From Gammaproteobacteria bacterium (lineage in GTDB: Bacteria > Pseudomonadota > Gammaproteobacteria > UBA4575), in the NCBI GenBank assembly GCA_965243395.1, contig CBDEUS010000001.1, forward strand, positions 864,001 through 928,000: 64,000 nt of DNA. Reading direction: 5' to 3'. The notes under the pieces are model-generated. The model was not told where the DNA came from and did no database searches. It was given only the letters and a program-made list of their open reading frames with translations. This document shows, piece by piece, positions 37,999 to 48,758 of this stretch. A program made the position numbers and the translations under genes. Within the stretch, counting starts at the first letter, position 1. The number at the start of each line of letters is the position of its first letter.

Positions 37999-38026
37999 AT
38001 GACCGCTAATGGCCGAAAGCGGACAT
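37999..38026 (+). repeat. 28-bp cassette site (TGGCCG spacer)
   Basis: ATGACCGCTAA TGGCCG AAAGCGGACAT. Confidence 0.9.
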
Positions 38027-38039
38027 TATCGGTAGTTGA

Positions 38040-38093
38040 AGAGTAGGGTGCTCACCCCTCTACAAAACCCGCGTTCCTAATCTTAATTCGAGT
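38040..38093 (+). repeat. ~55-bp repeat B
   Basis: AGAGTAGGGTGCTCACCCCTCTACAAAACCCGCGTTCCTAATCTTAATTCGAGT. Confidence 0.8.
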
Positions 38094-38409
38094 GAGCAAC
38101 TCATCTACTTAAATAAATAATCAAATTATTGATTAAATTAAAAAAAGTCCTTTTTGCCATAGTATCGGCAATAAATTTCCGCTATGGAATGTTACTTCAT
38201 CCTACCCGCCAACGCTTATATACGATAACTAGCATATAAAAGTTATTTTAAGACTGGCGAAGTGCCTAAACAACAAAAAATACTTACTGATATTTTCTGT
38301 TGAATAATGGCATACATCTTGCTCTACATATAAATATGTCAAATTATAAACATTATAACTAATGCATATCATTATATATGTCTACAACATCCAAAAGTGA
38401 AATTTTATT

Positions 38410-41271
38410 TTGAGTGTCAGTAGAGCAACTAATTTTATCATTCCTAAAGCTCTTTGGATCTTATATTTTTGCTATGCGACTATTGTGGCACTTATTTTCC
38501 AGAAGTTTCTTTTGCCTTTGTTGCCATCCCTTCATGCGGGGAATGGATTACTGACCAATGATGCAATTTATTTTCATACAGTTGCGAAGGATTTGGCTGA
38601 TCAAATTCGATTAAATGGTTGGTCTAATTGGTCGCTTTACCCTGGGTTAGGGGCTGGTGCTAACGTTTCAGTCTTATCAATTTTATATGTATTTTTTGGC
38701 ACAGATCCATCATTGGCAATTCCTATAAATGCTGTACTACATGCTAGCAGTGGTGTTCTAATTTATTTAATTGCGAAGACAATCTATCCGGGAAATGTTG
38801 GGCATTACGCGGGACTAATTGCATCTGCATTTTTTATAGTTTTTCCATCAAGTCTGAATTGGTATGCACAAATTCACAAAGATGGATATGCAATTTTAGG
38901 CTATCTACTAGTGTTGTATTCATGGGTCTCATGGGTATCAATAGAAAATTGGAAAAATAAGCTTTTACTATTTTTATCAGGAAATATATTTGGCGGAATA
39001 TTGATAATGTCCGTACGCATATACGCGGTAGATGTATTATTGTTGGCAGTGTTTTTATTATTATTTTTTGTAGCGTTAAGCAATATAACTCAAAAAAGGG
39101 GATTGCCGATTATTTTTGGGGCTGCCGCCGCAGTGATATTCCTTGGAGCCTTAGTTATCACTACGCATGTTTTAGGTTTTGATAATTTAGCTAATGTTTA
39201 CACTTCTGCATATGATGAGAACTGTCCCATTGTTGAGTCTTGGGAATGGCAACGCATTTCTTTTGTTCCAGCAAAAATAGATTCTTTAGCTGAAAACATA
39301 TCTGCATTACGTCTTTCTTTAATTTGTAGTGGGTATGAATCTAATTCCGTACATGATGGTTTTATCGTTCCAGATAACTTCATAAGTTTAATTGCATATT
39401 TGCCAAGAGTGTCGCAAATAGCTTTATTTGCACCTTTTCCTGATACTTGGCTGAATGAACTTTCTATAACCAGAATTGTAGGTTCCGTTGAAATATTCAT
39501 CTGGTACCTCTTAGTGCCTGGCATATTTCTATTATTATGGCAACGCAACACTCTATCAGTTTGGTTAATACTTGGTTTTGGATTTGTGTTCTTGTTTACA
39601 TATGGATATGTCACCGCAAATTTAGGAACATTACATCGCATCCGTTATCCATTCTTAATGATCTTTATGTTACTGGGACTGCTTGGTTGGCTAGGGACTA
39701 TATTTAAACATTTGAATTTAGAAATGTTTAAAAGAAACATGACTTCACCCAAAACAGATTACCGAAATGCATTTAAGAAGGAGCGAGTGAAAGTGGTCAG
39801 TGCAGGTGCATCGGTTATATGTTTCACAGCTTTATCATTTGTGTTGTTTTTTTACCGCGATGTTTTGATGGGGCAAAAATTTGGAGTAGGAAGTGAGTTA
39901 GATGCATTTTTTTTGGCAATGTTGTTACCAATGTTTTTTGTAAATGTTTTTAGCATTCCTTTAGGTTCTTCATTTATTCCTGTATATCACAGGTTACGAA
40001 ATAATTCAGCTACCAATGCTGATTCAATGTTTTCAACAGTATTGTTTTTTTCACTTGGAAGCTTAACGATGGTGGGAGGTATACTTCTTTTATTATCTAA
40101 TGTTATATATCCTATTATTGTAAGCAAGCTGGATGTAAACACAATTTTGCGCACACTTGATTTACTTCCATATTGTGTATTGATCTTGGTGCAAAGTGTA
40201 GTAGTGGTATTAGCGAATGCAATCCTCAATGCACGGCAAATATATAGTTGGCCTGCGATTTATCAAGCAGCTGTACCAATTTTTTCAATCATTTCACTAT
40301 TTATATATGGAAAAGAATCAGGTATTGCAAGTGTTGCGGTAGGAATGCTATTTGGTCAGACAATTAATCTAATTTTAGTTCTGTATTTATTATATCGAGA
40401 CGGGGTTACATTAAAAATCAACTTCTCTAGTAGAATTCATAATGAAAGCTATAGAGAACTATACAAACTATATGTAGCACTCGTAGTTGCCGCGTTATTT
40501 GCGAGCGCAACGACGGTAATTGATAACGTAATGGCATCCAGTCTGAATGCAGGTAGTATTGGAATATATTCATTAGGTAGTAAAGTAAGTATTTTTGCTA
40601 CCGGAGTAATTGGCGCAGGAATTGCCTCGGTGGTATTACCTCGATTTACTACTCTGTTTTTAAATGGGGATTCTGAAGCGTGTAAGCGCGACCTCGCATT
40701 TTTTATCTACTTAGGAACTGTTTTAACTATACCAATAGCATTAGTATTATTTAGTATTTCTGATGATGTGGTACAAATTGTTTTCAGCGGTGAATTGATG
40801 ACAATGCATGGTGCAGAAGAGGTTGGCCGCGTAGCAATATTTGGAATAGCCCAACTTCCATTTTTTGTTTCTTATGCCTTACTAATCCGGTTTGCCAATG
40901 CTTATAAAAAGGGTAAGTTTATAGTGATAGCGGCATCACTCGGGCTTATTTTAAATGTTGTGTTGAATATAATTTTAATGCAAATAATGGGAGTCTCGGG
41001 CCTAGCTCTAGCCACTACATTGTCAGTTTTAGTGACCAGCTTAATTCTTATGATTATGGCAATCAGATATGGTTATATTAGAGTGTTTGATGTTTTGCTA
41101 ATTACATTTTCTTGGTGTATTTATTTAACCTCTGTTTTGTGTATACACTTCCAAAGTTATGCTGGTTTTGCAGTTTCGATAATTGCAATGTTAGTTTTAA
41201 TGTGGGAAATTTGGATGGCTCAGAGAGAGCCATCATTAAAATCTAAATTGGATATTCCAGCATATAGCTGA
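38410..41271 (+). CDS. Fusion of an N-terminal polytopic (Wzy/GT-C-like) domain and a MurJ/MviN-type flippase
   Basis: C-terminal half has RDVLMGQKFGVGSELDAF, SFIPVY, IDNVMASSL..GS and GLALATTL; N-terminal half has DAIYFH and NLGTLHRIRYP. Confidence 0.75.
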   Translation: MSVSRATNFIIPKALWILYFCYATIVALIFQKFLLPLLPSLHAGNGLLTNDAIYFHTVAKDLADQIRLNGWSNWSLYPGLGAGANVSVLSILYVFFGTDPSLAIPINAVLHASSGVLIYLIAKTIYPGNVGHYAGLIASAFFIVFPSSLNWYAQIHKDGYAILGYLLVLYSWVSWVSIENWKNKLLLFLSGNIFGGILIMSVRIYAVDVLLLAVFLLLFFVALSNITQKRGLPIIFGAAAAVIFLGALVITTHVLGFDNLANVYTSAYDENCPIVESWEWQRISFVPAKIDSLAENISALRLSLICSGYESNSVHDGFIVPDNFISLIAYLPRVSQIALFAPFPDTWLNELSITRIVGSVEIFIWYLLVPGIFLLLWQRNTLSVWLILGFGFVFLFTYGYVTANLGTLHRIRYPFLMIFMLLGLLGWLGTIFKHLNLEMFKRNMTSPKTDYRNAFKKERVKVVSAGASVICFTALSFVLFFYRDVLMGQKFGVGSELDAFFLAMLLPMFFVNVFSIPLGSSFIPVYHRLRNNSATNADSMFSTVLFFSLGSLTMVGGILLLLSNVIYPIIVSKLDVNTILRTLDLLPYCVLILVQSVVVVLANAILNARQIYSWPAIYQAAVPIFSIISLFIYGKESGIASVAVGMLFGQTINLILVLYLLYRDGVTLKINFSSRIHNESYRELYKLYVALVVAALFASATTVIDNVMASSLNAGSIGIYSLGSKVSIFATGVIGAGIASVVLPRFTTLFLNGDSEACKRDLAFFIYLGTVLTIPIALVLFSISDDVVQIVFSGELMTMHGAEEVGRVAIFGIAQLPFFVSYALLIRFANAYKKGKFIVIAASLGLILNVVLNIILMQIMGVSGLALATTLSVLVTSLILMIMAIRYGYIRVFDVLLITFSWCIYLTSVLCIHFQSYAGFAVSIIAMLVLMWEIWMAQREPSLKSKLDIPAYS

Positions 41272-41280
41272 AAGTTATAC

Positions 41281-41326
41281 GAGTGATCACCCCTCTACGA
41301 AACCCGCGTCCTAAATCGTAATGCGA
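41281..41326 (+). repeat. ~55-bp repeat B (diverged), tmRNA-proximal copy
   Basis: GAGTGATCACCCCTCTACGAAACCCGCGTCCTAAATCGTAATGCGA. Confidence 0.7.
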
Positions 41327-41431
41327 CGTAAACATGAAGTATCCATTGGCTTTTTTTGAAAACTAAATAATGAAAAACAATAAGTAAAAGGCATCCCCAA
41401 AATGCCTTCTAAAAATGTTTGATTAATTGAT

Positions 41432-41787
41432 TGGTGGAGGCGGCGGGAATCGAACCCGCGTCCGCGAACCCTCTGCCGTTGGTACTACATGCTTAGTCGC
41501 TCTTTAACTTAACCGTTATACTCCCGAACGACAGGGCATATAACGGGGAGCCTGGATTAGTTTTAATGGATCCGCTCCAGACAGACTTCACCACGAGCTT
41601 ACTAAGGTTACGCCCGAGTCAGAACCGTAAGCTGAACTGGTCGGACGGCAATAGACTGGTTTTTAAGCAGCTAGAGCGTAGTTGTCATCGTTTGCAACTA
41701 TATTTTGCAGCGTTATTTACGAGGCCAGCTAACATCCTCGGCATGCACCTCAAGTTTCGTAATCCACGTCGAAACCGAGTCGCCCCC
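41432..41787 (-). ncRNA. ssrA: tmRNA
   Basis: 5' GGGGGCGACTCGGTTTCGAC; tag frame GCAAACGATGACAACTACGCTCTAGCTGCTTAA (ANDDNYALAA); 3' GCGGGTTCGATTCCCGCCGCCTCCACCA. Confidence 0.97.
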
Positions 41788-41947
41788 CATTCATTTCACA
41801 AGAGCGATACGATGAATATATAACTATACTATATATAAGTATCAAACTTTGTTGATAAAACGCACGGTATATATATTGGACCGTCCTTTTTCGATATGAT
41901 TCCGGCCTCTCGAATACTCATTTTTACCTTAAAGGCGATCATTTTAA

Positions 41948-44900
41948 ATGTTGATCATTCAAGGAGATCAAGCGTTATCTTCATTTAGAATTCAGAATCT
42001 TCAACGCCTGCTGAAAGCATTCACCTCTAAGGTCTCCGGTATTACGGCTACGTATGTTCATTTCGTGCAAACTAATGATGAACTTACACAAAATGAACAT
42101 TCAAAACTTGAAGCACTGCTTTCTAGAGCGCAATCGTCAAAAAACGAAACAGAAAGCAATTTTGAACTTCTCGTAATACCGCGATTTGGAACGATTTCTC
42201 CATGGTCTTCTAAAGCAACCGATATTGCACACAACTGTGGTTTGGAAAAAGTAAACCGTGTTGAGCGAGGTGTTTGGTATCAATTTACTCTAGATAGTGC
42301 GCTAACAACACAAGAAAAAGAAAAATTAGTTTCAACTTTGCATGACCGAATGACCGAATCTGTTTCTTTTTCACTTGATGATGGTCAAAAATTATTTATT
42401 GAAGAAAGCAAGCGCGAATTAATGCAAATTCCTCTAGGTAAGAATGCCAAAGATGCATTATCCAAAGCAAACCAGGAAATGGGGCTGGCTTTAGCTGAAG
42501 ATGAAATTGATTATTTAATTGAAAATTATAAAGCGCTTGATAGAGCCCCAACAGATGTCGAGTTAATGATGTTTGCGCAAGCAAACTCTGAGCATTGTCG
42601 ACACAAAATATTTAACGCCAGTTGGAATATAGATGGTCAGCTTAAACAACAAAGTTTGTTTGGCATGATTAAAAATACCTATAAACATTCTTCCGAAAAT
42701 ATTTTATCTGCCTACAGTGATAATGCTGCAGTCATTGTCGGTCATGAGGCCTCACGTTTCCATGTGAATCCTGCTAATCATCAGTACCAGTTTGATCAGG
42801 AAAATGTTCATATCTTGATGAAAGTGGAAACCCATAATCATCCCACTGCAATTTCTCCTTTTCCCGGGGCGGCAACAGGTTCGGGAGGAGAAATTAGAGA
42901 TGAAGGTGCAGTAGGTCGTGGTGGAAAACCGAAAGCAGGTTTATGCGGGTTTTCCGTTTCAAATTTACATTTACCTGAAAGTTTACAACCGTGGGAGTTT
43001 GATTACGGAAAACCCAGCCGAATAGTCAGCGCATTAGATATTATGATTGAAGGGCCAATAGGCGCGGCTTCTTTTAATAATGAATTTGGGCGACCAAATA
43101 TACTTGGTTATTTCAGAACGTTTGAATTAGATATTTCGGCACAAAAAGATAATAGTGATGTGCGGGGATATCACAAACCCATCATGATTGCAGGTGGTTT
43201 GGGAAATGTTCGAGATGAACATGTATTAAAAGAAAAATTTCCCAGCGATACACCGATTATTGTTTTAGGGGGCCCTGCAATGTTAATTGGTCTGGGCGGT
43301 GGTGCGGCTTCTTCTATGGCAAGCGGAACAAGTACAGAAGATTTGGATTTTGCATCTGTACAACGTGGTAATGCTGAAATGCAAAGACGCTGCCAAGAGG
43401 TGATTGAGCAGTGCATTGTTCAAGGCAAAGAAAGTCCAATACTTTCTATCCATGATGTTGGGGCAGGTGGACTATCCAACGCTATTCCGGAACTTATTCA
43501 TGATGCAGCGTTGGGTGGAAAATTTGAACTTAGAAATATCCCTAATGCTGAGCCCAGTATGTCACCTAAAGAAATTTGGTGCAACGAAGCGCAAGAACGT
43601 TATGTGCTTGCAGTAGACAAGAACAAATTAGATGAATTTGAGGAATTGTGCATACGTGAGCGATGTCCTTATGCCGTTCTAGGTACTAGCACAAAAGAGC
43701 CGCAGCTTGTTCTTGGTGACAAAGAATTTAATAACCATCCAATAGAACTACCGATGGACGTTTTGCTTGGCAAAACACCCAAAATGGAACGCAATGTTCG
43801 GTCTAAATCAAGCTTGTCTCAAACATTTTATATGAAGGATATTGATTTAGTCGAAGCGGTTGATCGAGTGCTTCGATTGCCTACCGTAGCATCAAAAAGC
43901 TTTTTAATTACCATCGGTGATCGCACCGTTACAGGTATGGTTACACGAGATCAGTTTGTGGGTCCTTGGCAAGTACCTGTTGCGGATGTTGCCGTAACTT
44001 GTAGTGACTACCAAGGTTATACGGGTGAAGCAATGGCGATGGGTGAACGTACTCCTGTTGCATTACTTTCTGGACCAGCATCGGGTCGGATGGCTATCGG
44101 TGAAGCGATTACCAATATCCTTGCTGCAGATGTTAAGCAACTTTCCGATATTCGCTTGTCTGCTAACTGGATGGCGCCTGCAGGTCATGAAGGCGAGGAC
44201 GCAAATTTATTTGCCACTGTGCAAGCCGTCGGTGAAGAATTGTGTCCTGAATTAAAAATTGCTATTCCCGTGGGTAAAGATTCGTTATCTATGAAAAGTG
44301 TTTGGAATGCGGAGGGCACATCTAAGTCAGTCACTGCGCCGCTATCTCTAATTATTTCCGCGTTTTCTCCTGTGCAGGATGTGCGGAAATCATTAACACC
44401 TGAATTAAATAAGAATTTAGAAAACTCCTTAATCCTGCTAATTGATCTTGGTGCTAAGAATAATCGATTAGGTGGTTCTTCGTTAGCACAAGTTTATTCG
44501 CAATTGGGTGATATGCCTGCCGATCTGGATGACCCAGCACTGCTTAAAAACTTTTTTGCAGCTATTACCGAATTAAAATCTGCAGGTTTAATTCATGCAT
44601 ATCATGATCGATCAGATGGTGGTTTATTGGCATGTATCTGTGAAATGAGTTTTGCAAGTCATGCAGGGCTGGATATTCATATTGATGACTTAGGTGATGA
44701 TTTCATTGCAAGTTTATTCGCAGAAGAATTAGGAGCCGTCATCCAGATTGCAGAGGAAGATTATGATGCCGTCGTGAATTCACTGGCTAAACACAAATTA
44801 GATTCTTTCACATATGTTCTAGGCAAGCCTAATAATGAAAATACACTTTCTATTTCGCATTCAAATAAAGTTATATACAAAAATAAATGGTCAGAGCTAA

Positions 44901-45841
44901 TTAAAGCTTGGTCAAGCACAAGTTATGCAATTCAATCCTTGCGGGATAATCCTTTATGTGCAGATCAAGAATTAGAAGTTACTACTGATGAAAAAAATCC
45001 TGGGTTAAGTGCAAAATTAAACTTTGACATCAATGAAGACATCACACTGCCTTATATAAATAAAGGTGTGAATCCAAAAATTGCCGTATTAAGAGAGCAG
45101 GGTGTGAATGGCCATATCGAAATGGCTGCTGCTTTTGATCGTGCTGGATTTGATGCAGTGGATGTACATATGACAGATTTAATTAGTAAAAGACAGAAGC
45201 TTGAAAACTTTAATGGCTTAGTTGCCTGTGGCGGATTTTCATATGGAGATGTATTAGGGGCAGGAGGCGGCTGGGCTAAATCAATATTATTCAATAATTA
45301 TCTAAAAGATGAGTTTGAAACCTTTTTTAATAATAAAAATGTTTTTGCACTGGGAGTTTGCAATGGTTGCCAGATGATGTCGCAACTAAAAAACATTATC
45401 CCTGGAGCACAAGACTGGCCTGAATTTATACAAAATGAGTCTGAACAATTTGAAGCAAGACTCGTCATGGTAGAAATTCTTGAATCTCCATCTATTTTCT
45501 TTCAAGGCATGCAAGGTTCTGCATTGCCTATCGTGGTCGCACATGGTGAAGGAAATGCGGTTCACACAGGAAATGGTCTTGATCAGTTGCAAAAAGATAA
45601 CTTAATAGCGATACAATACATTAATAATTACTTACAAGTATCTGAAAAATATCCATTTAATCCTAATGGATCTCCGCTAGGCGCGACAGGATTTTGCAAT
45701 GATGATGGACGGTTCACCATTATGATGCCGCATCCTGAAAGACTGTTTCGTACAGTGCAATATTCATGGCACCCAGAAGGCTGGAATGAGGATGGACCAT
45801 GGATGAGAATTTTCAGAAATGCTAGGAATTTCATAGAGTAA
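41948..45841 (+). CDS. purL: Phosphoribosylformylglycinamidine synthase (large type)
   Basis: 1297 aa; [36 protein letters not shown]. Confidence 0.98.
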   Translation: MLIIQGDQALSSFRIQNLQRLLKAFTSKVSGITATYVHFVQTNDELTQNEHSKLEALLSRAQSSKNETESNFELLVIPRFGTISPWSSKATDIAHNCGLEKVNRVERGVWYQFTLDSALTTQEKEKLVSTLHDRMTESVSFSLDDGQKLFIEESKRELMQIPLGKNAKDALSKANQEMGLALAEDEIDYLIENYKALDRAPTDVELMMFAQANSEHCRHKIFNASWNIDGQLKQQSLFGMIKNTYKHSSENILSAYSDNAAVIVGHEASRFHVNPANHQYQFDQENVHILMKVETHNHPTAISPFPGAATGSGGEIRDEGAVGRGGKPKAGLCGFSVSNLHLPESLQPWEFDYGKPSRIVSALDIMIEGPIGAASFNNEFGRPNILGYFRTFELDISAQKDNSDVRGYHKPIMIAGGLGNVRDEHVLKEKFPSDTPIIVLGGPAMLIGLGGGAASSMASGTSTEDLDFASVQRGNAEMQRRCQEVIEQCIVQGKESPILSIHDVGAGGLSNAIPELIHDAALGGKFELRNIPNAEPSMSPKEIWCNEAQERYVLAVDKNKLDEFEELCIRERCPYAVLGTSTKEPQLVLGDKEFNNHPIELPMDVLLGKTPKMERNVRSKSSLSQTFYMKDIDLVEAVDRVLRLPTVASKSFLITIGDRTVTGMVTRDQFVGPWQVPVADVAVTCSDYQGYTGEAMAMGERTPVALLSGPASGRMAIGEAITNILAADVKQLSDIRLSANWMAPAGHEGEDANLFATVQAVGEELCPELKIAIPVGKDSLSMKSVWNAEGTSKSVTAPLSLIISAFSPVQDVRKSLTPELNKNLENSLILLIDLGAKNNRLGGSSLAQVYSQLGDMPADLDDPALLKNFFAAITELKSAGLIHAYHDRSDGGLLACICEMSFASHAGLDIHIDDLGDDFIASLFAEELGAVIQIAEEDYDAVVNSLAKHKLDSFTYVLGKPNNENTLSISHSNKVIYKNKWSELIKAWSSTSYAIQSLRDNPLCADQELEVTTDEKNPGLSAKLNFDINEDITLPYINKGVNPKIAVLREQGVNGHIEMAAAFDRAGFDAVDVHMTDLISKRQKLENFNGLVACGGFSYGDVLGAGGGWAKSILFNNYLKDEFETFFNNKNVFALGVCNGCQMMSQLKNIIPGAQDWPEFIQNESEQFEARLVMVEILESPSIFFQGMQGSALPIVVAHGEGNAVHTGNGLDQLQKDNLIAIQYINNYLQVSEKYPFNPNGSPLGATGFCNDDGRFTIMMPHPERLFRTVQYSWHPEGWNEDGPWMRIFRNARNFIE

Positions 45842-46070
45842 CATCAAATTATTAATCTTAATTAAACTTATTACCCTTATAGGCCAAAATAATTAGAAAC
45901 AAACCTTTTGAATTCATTGTCATATTTAGTGTTCGTTTATTGAAAAATTGTGTCAATAAAACGTTATTTAAAATAAAAAATTGTGAATAAAAGATATCTC
46001 TTTTATGTGGGATTCCTCTATAATCACTTTAAGAGAAAGCCTTAATTGGGGAAGGGTATCTGGATAAATA

Positions 46071-46685
46071 ATGAACAAAAAATTTAAAATTTTATTTTTT
46101 CATATCATGCTTGTAACACTGATGCCTTTTAGTGTGTCTGCTGAGTGGTATGTAGGTGCTGATACTTATCAAAATGAAATTTTGCCTTATCCAGATAGTA
46201 TCTCTGACAACAGTTTATTTTCAGAGAATATTACAAGTTACAAATCTGATCCTTACGACACAAGCGTTTCTTTATTTGGCGGCTATCGCACTACGGATAA
46301 TTTCTCGCTTCAACTTGAATATCAGGATGAACTTTCATTTGGTATAGATGAAATGTTTGCGGGCTCATCGCTTTGGTTCCCTGAAGCTAGCTCAGAAAGT
46401 TTTGATTCAAATGCTTTGTTCTTCACTGGAATAAGTAGTTATCCGATCAATGATAGTGGCGTGTTCTATATGAAAGGCGGTTTGTTTAATTGGGAAATTG
46501 ATTCCAATTATTATGAAACAAGTGAAAAGTATTTAGGCCGAACCAGCGGCACAGACTTTTTCTATGGCTTAGGCGCAAACTATGATTTAAATACTCGATT
46601 TGGTATCAGTGCTGAATGGGAACGTTACCAAATGGAAGAATCTGATATTGACTATCTCTCTACCAAGCTTAAATTTAAGTTCTAA
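46071..46685 (+). CDS. OmpA-like outer-membrane beta-barrel protein
   Basis: Signal peptide, FGGYR, YGLGANY, C-terminal FKF. Confidence 0.8.
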   Translation: MNKKFKILFFHIMLVTLMPFSVSAEWYVGADTYQNEILPYPDSISDNSLFSENITSYKSDPYDTSVSLFGGYRTTDNFSLQLEYQDELSFGIDEMFAGSSLWFPEASSESFDSNALFFTGISSYPINDSGVFYMKGGLFNWEIDSNYYETSEKYLGRTSGTDFFYGLGANYDLNTRFGISAEWERYQMEESDIDYLSTKLKFKF

Positions 46686-46883
46686 AGCCATACTCTAAGG
46701 CTTGAATATACAATCTATTTACTATCTCTATCGGCAGATAAAGATCTGAATCTATGCCTTTATTAGGGGCTAAATGCCTGAAATTAAGCATAATTTCCTA
46801 ATAATAATAGATATTTGAGCTATAATTTAAGGTTCAGCATATTAACTATAGTTACTTATAAAAATCCATCAGGAGATCTCGCG

Positions 46884-48164
46884 ATGTTTACAGCAGACAT
46901 GACTATTGCAAATTTCGACAAGGAACTTACCGATGCAATTAAATCGGAAATTCGTCGACAAGAAGAACATGTAGAACTTATTGCATCTGAAAATTACACA
47001 AGCCCACGTGTAATGGAAGCACAAGGATCTGTCTTAACCAACAAATATGCAGAAGGTTACCCGGCAAAGCGATATTACGGTGGATGCGAATATGTAGATA
47101 TTGCTGAGCAACTCGCTATAGATCGTTTAAAAAAATTATATTCTGCAGATTACGCTAATGTGCAACCTCACTCTGGTTCACAAGCGAATGCTGCAGTTTA
47201 TCTAGCGTTATTGGAACCGCATGACACGATTATGGGCCTTGCTTTGTCACATGGCGGACATTTAACACATGGCTGCCCGGTTAATTTCTCCGGAAAAATA
47301 TTCAACGCAGTGCAATATGGTTTAAACCCAGATACTGGTGAAGTGGATTACGATGAAGTCGAACGTCTTGCAAAAGAACATAAACCTAAAATGATTGTTG
47401 CAGGTTTTTCTGCATATTCACGTGTTTGGGACTGGCAACGTTTTAGAGATATTTGCGATGAAGTAGGCGCTTTATTTTTTGTAGATATGGCGCACGTGTC
47501 TGGATTAATTGCAGCAGGTTTATATCCAAACCCTGTGCCCGTTGCAGATGTTGTCACTTCAACAACACACAAAACGTTACGAGGACCACGTGGTGGAATC
47601 ATTCTTGCGAGAGAAAATGAAGAAATTACCAAAAAGTTAAACTCTATGGTATTCCCAGGGACACAAGGCGGGCCTTTAATGCACGTCATTGCCGGTAAAG
47701 CTGTAGCATTTTTAGAGGCATTACAACCGGAATTTAAAGAATATCAGCAACAGGTTTTAAATAACGCCAAGGCAATGGCGCAACAATTTATGGACCGCGG
47801 CTATAAAATTGTTTCAGGTGGTACTGATGATCACTTATTTTTAGTTGATTTAATTGATAAAGGTATTACCGGTAAAGATGCGGATGCGGCGCTTGGAAAG
47901 GCGAATATCACTGTAAACAAAAATACTGTTCCTAATGATCCACAATCACCTTTTGTAACAAGTGGATTACGTATAGGTACACCTGCAGCAACAACACGCG
48001 GCTTTAAAGAGCAGGAATGTAAAGAACTCGTTAACTGGATCTGCGACATTTTAGATAATCTAGAAGATACAAGTACAATTGAGCGTGTTAAAAATCAAGT
48101 GCTCGATCTTTGCAAACGTTTTCCTGTTTATCGCTCAAGTTCAGAGCAGCAAGCAGTAGCTTAA
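46884..48164 (+). CDS. glyA: Serine hydroxymethyltransferase
   Basis: [27 protein letters not shown]; AGGAG RBS before ATG 46884. Confidence 0.98.
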   Translation: MFTADMTIANFDKELTDAIKSEIRRQEEHVELIASENYTSPRVMEAQGSVLTNKYAEGYPAKRYYGGCEYVDIAEQLAIDRLKKLYSADYANVQPHSGSQANAAVYLALLEPHDTIMGLALSHGGHLTHGCPVNFSGKIFNAVQYGLNPDTGEVDYDEVERLAKEHKPKMIVAGFSAYSRVWDWQRFRDICDEVGALFFVDMAHVSGLIAAGLYPNPVPVADVVTSTTHKTLRGPRGGIILARENEEITKKLNSMVFPGTQGGPLMHVIAGKAVAFLEALQPEFKEYQQQVLNNAKAMAQQFMDRGYKIVSGGTDDHLFLVDLIDKGITGKDADAALGKANITVNKNTVPNDPQSPFVTSGLRIGTPAATTRGFKEQECKELVNWICDILDNLEDTSTIERVKNQVLDLCKRFPVYRSSSEQQAVA

Positions 48165-48207
48165 AGTTTTATACAACTAACATTATAAAATTATTGAGCG
48201 TTAAAAA

Positions 48208-48726
48208 ATGCATTGCCCATTTTGCCGCTCGGAAGAGACTAAGGTAATTGATTCGCGCCTTGCCAATGATGGCTATCAAGTCCGCAGGCGGCGTGAATGT
48301 TTGGACTGTAACCAGCGTTTTACAACTTTTGAAACAGTAGAAAGAAATTTACCAAGAGTGGTGAAACACGATGGGCGTAGAGAGCCCTTTAGTGAAGATA
48401 AACTTCGAAAAGGCATTACGCTTGCTTGTGAAAAAAGACCTGTTGCCACTGAAGATATAGATACAGCTATTAATTTAATTTCACGTAAAGCTTTAGGAGT
48501 AGGAGAGCGAGAAATTTCTGCAAAGGTAATTGGTGAATGGGTAATGCAAGAGCTTCGCTCGCTCGATCAGGTTGCATATGTACGCTTTGCATCTGTTTAT
48601 ATGAGCTTTGAAGATGTGCAAGCATTTAAAGATATTATTGATCGCGTTGAAAATGAGTTAACTCCAGAAATGCTTAAAAGCCAGCTGTCACTCATCGTTG
48701 AAGATAGCGATAATAAAACTCATTAG
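48208..48726 (+). CDS. nrdR: Transcriptional repressor NrdR
   Basis: CPFC, RRRREC..C, RFTTFE, AYVRFASVY. Confidence 0.97.
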   Translation: MHCPFCRSEETKVIDSRLANDGYQVRRRRECLDCNQRFTTFETVERNLPRVVKHDGRREPFSEDKLRKGITLACEKRPVATEDIDTAINLISRKALGVGEREISAKVIGEWVMQELRSLDQVAYVRFASVYMSFEDVQAFKDIIDRVENELTPEMLKSQLSLIVEDSDNKTH

Positions 48727-48758
48727 TCATCTCAATTTTTAGCTGGCAGATCGTCAGT

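Noticed and set aside
8252-38026. 28-bp repeats read as a CRISPR array
   Set aside because: The intervals are whole genes of hundreds to thousands of bp, the repeats are degenerate, and there are no cas genes.
8252-38026. 28-bp repeats read as integron attC sites
   Set aside because: They are too short, lack RYYYAAC...GTTRRRY ends, and no intI is present. A lone CCTAACAA at 12690 has no matching partner box.
8252-38026. 28-bp repeats read as canonical dif/pdif sites
   Set aside because: The geometry is the same, but the conserved XerD arm TTATGTTAAAT is absent.
8252-38026. 28-bp repeats read as intrinsic terminators
   Set aside because: Stems are mismatched, there is no consistent U-tract, and sequence is conserved more than pairing. 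A REP-like or operator role is not fully excluded.
41566-41823. 85-aa + strand ORF
   Set aside because: It is antisense to the tmRNA gene.
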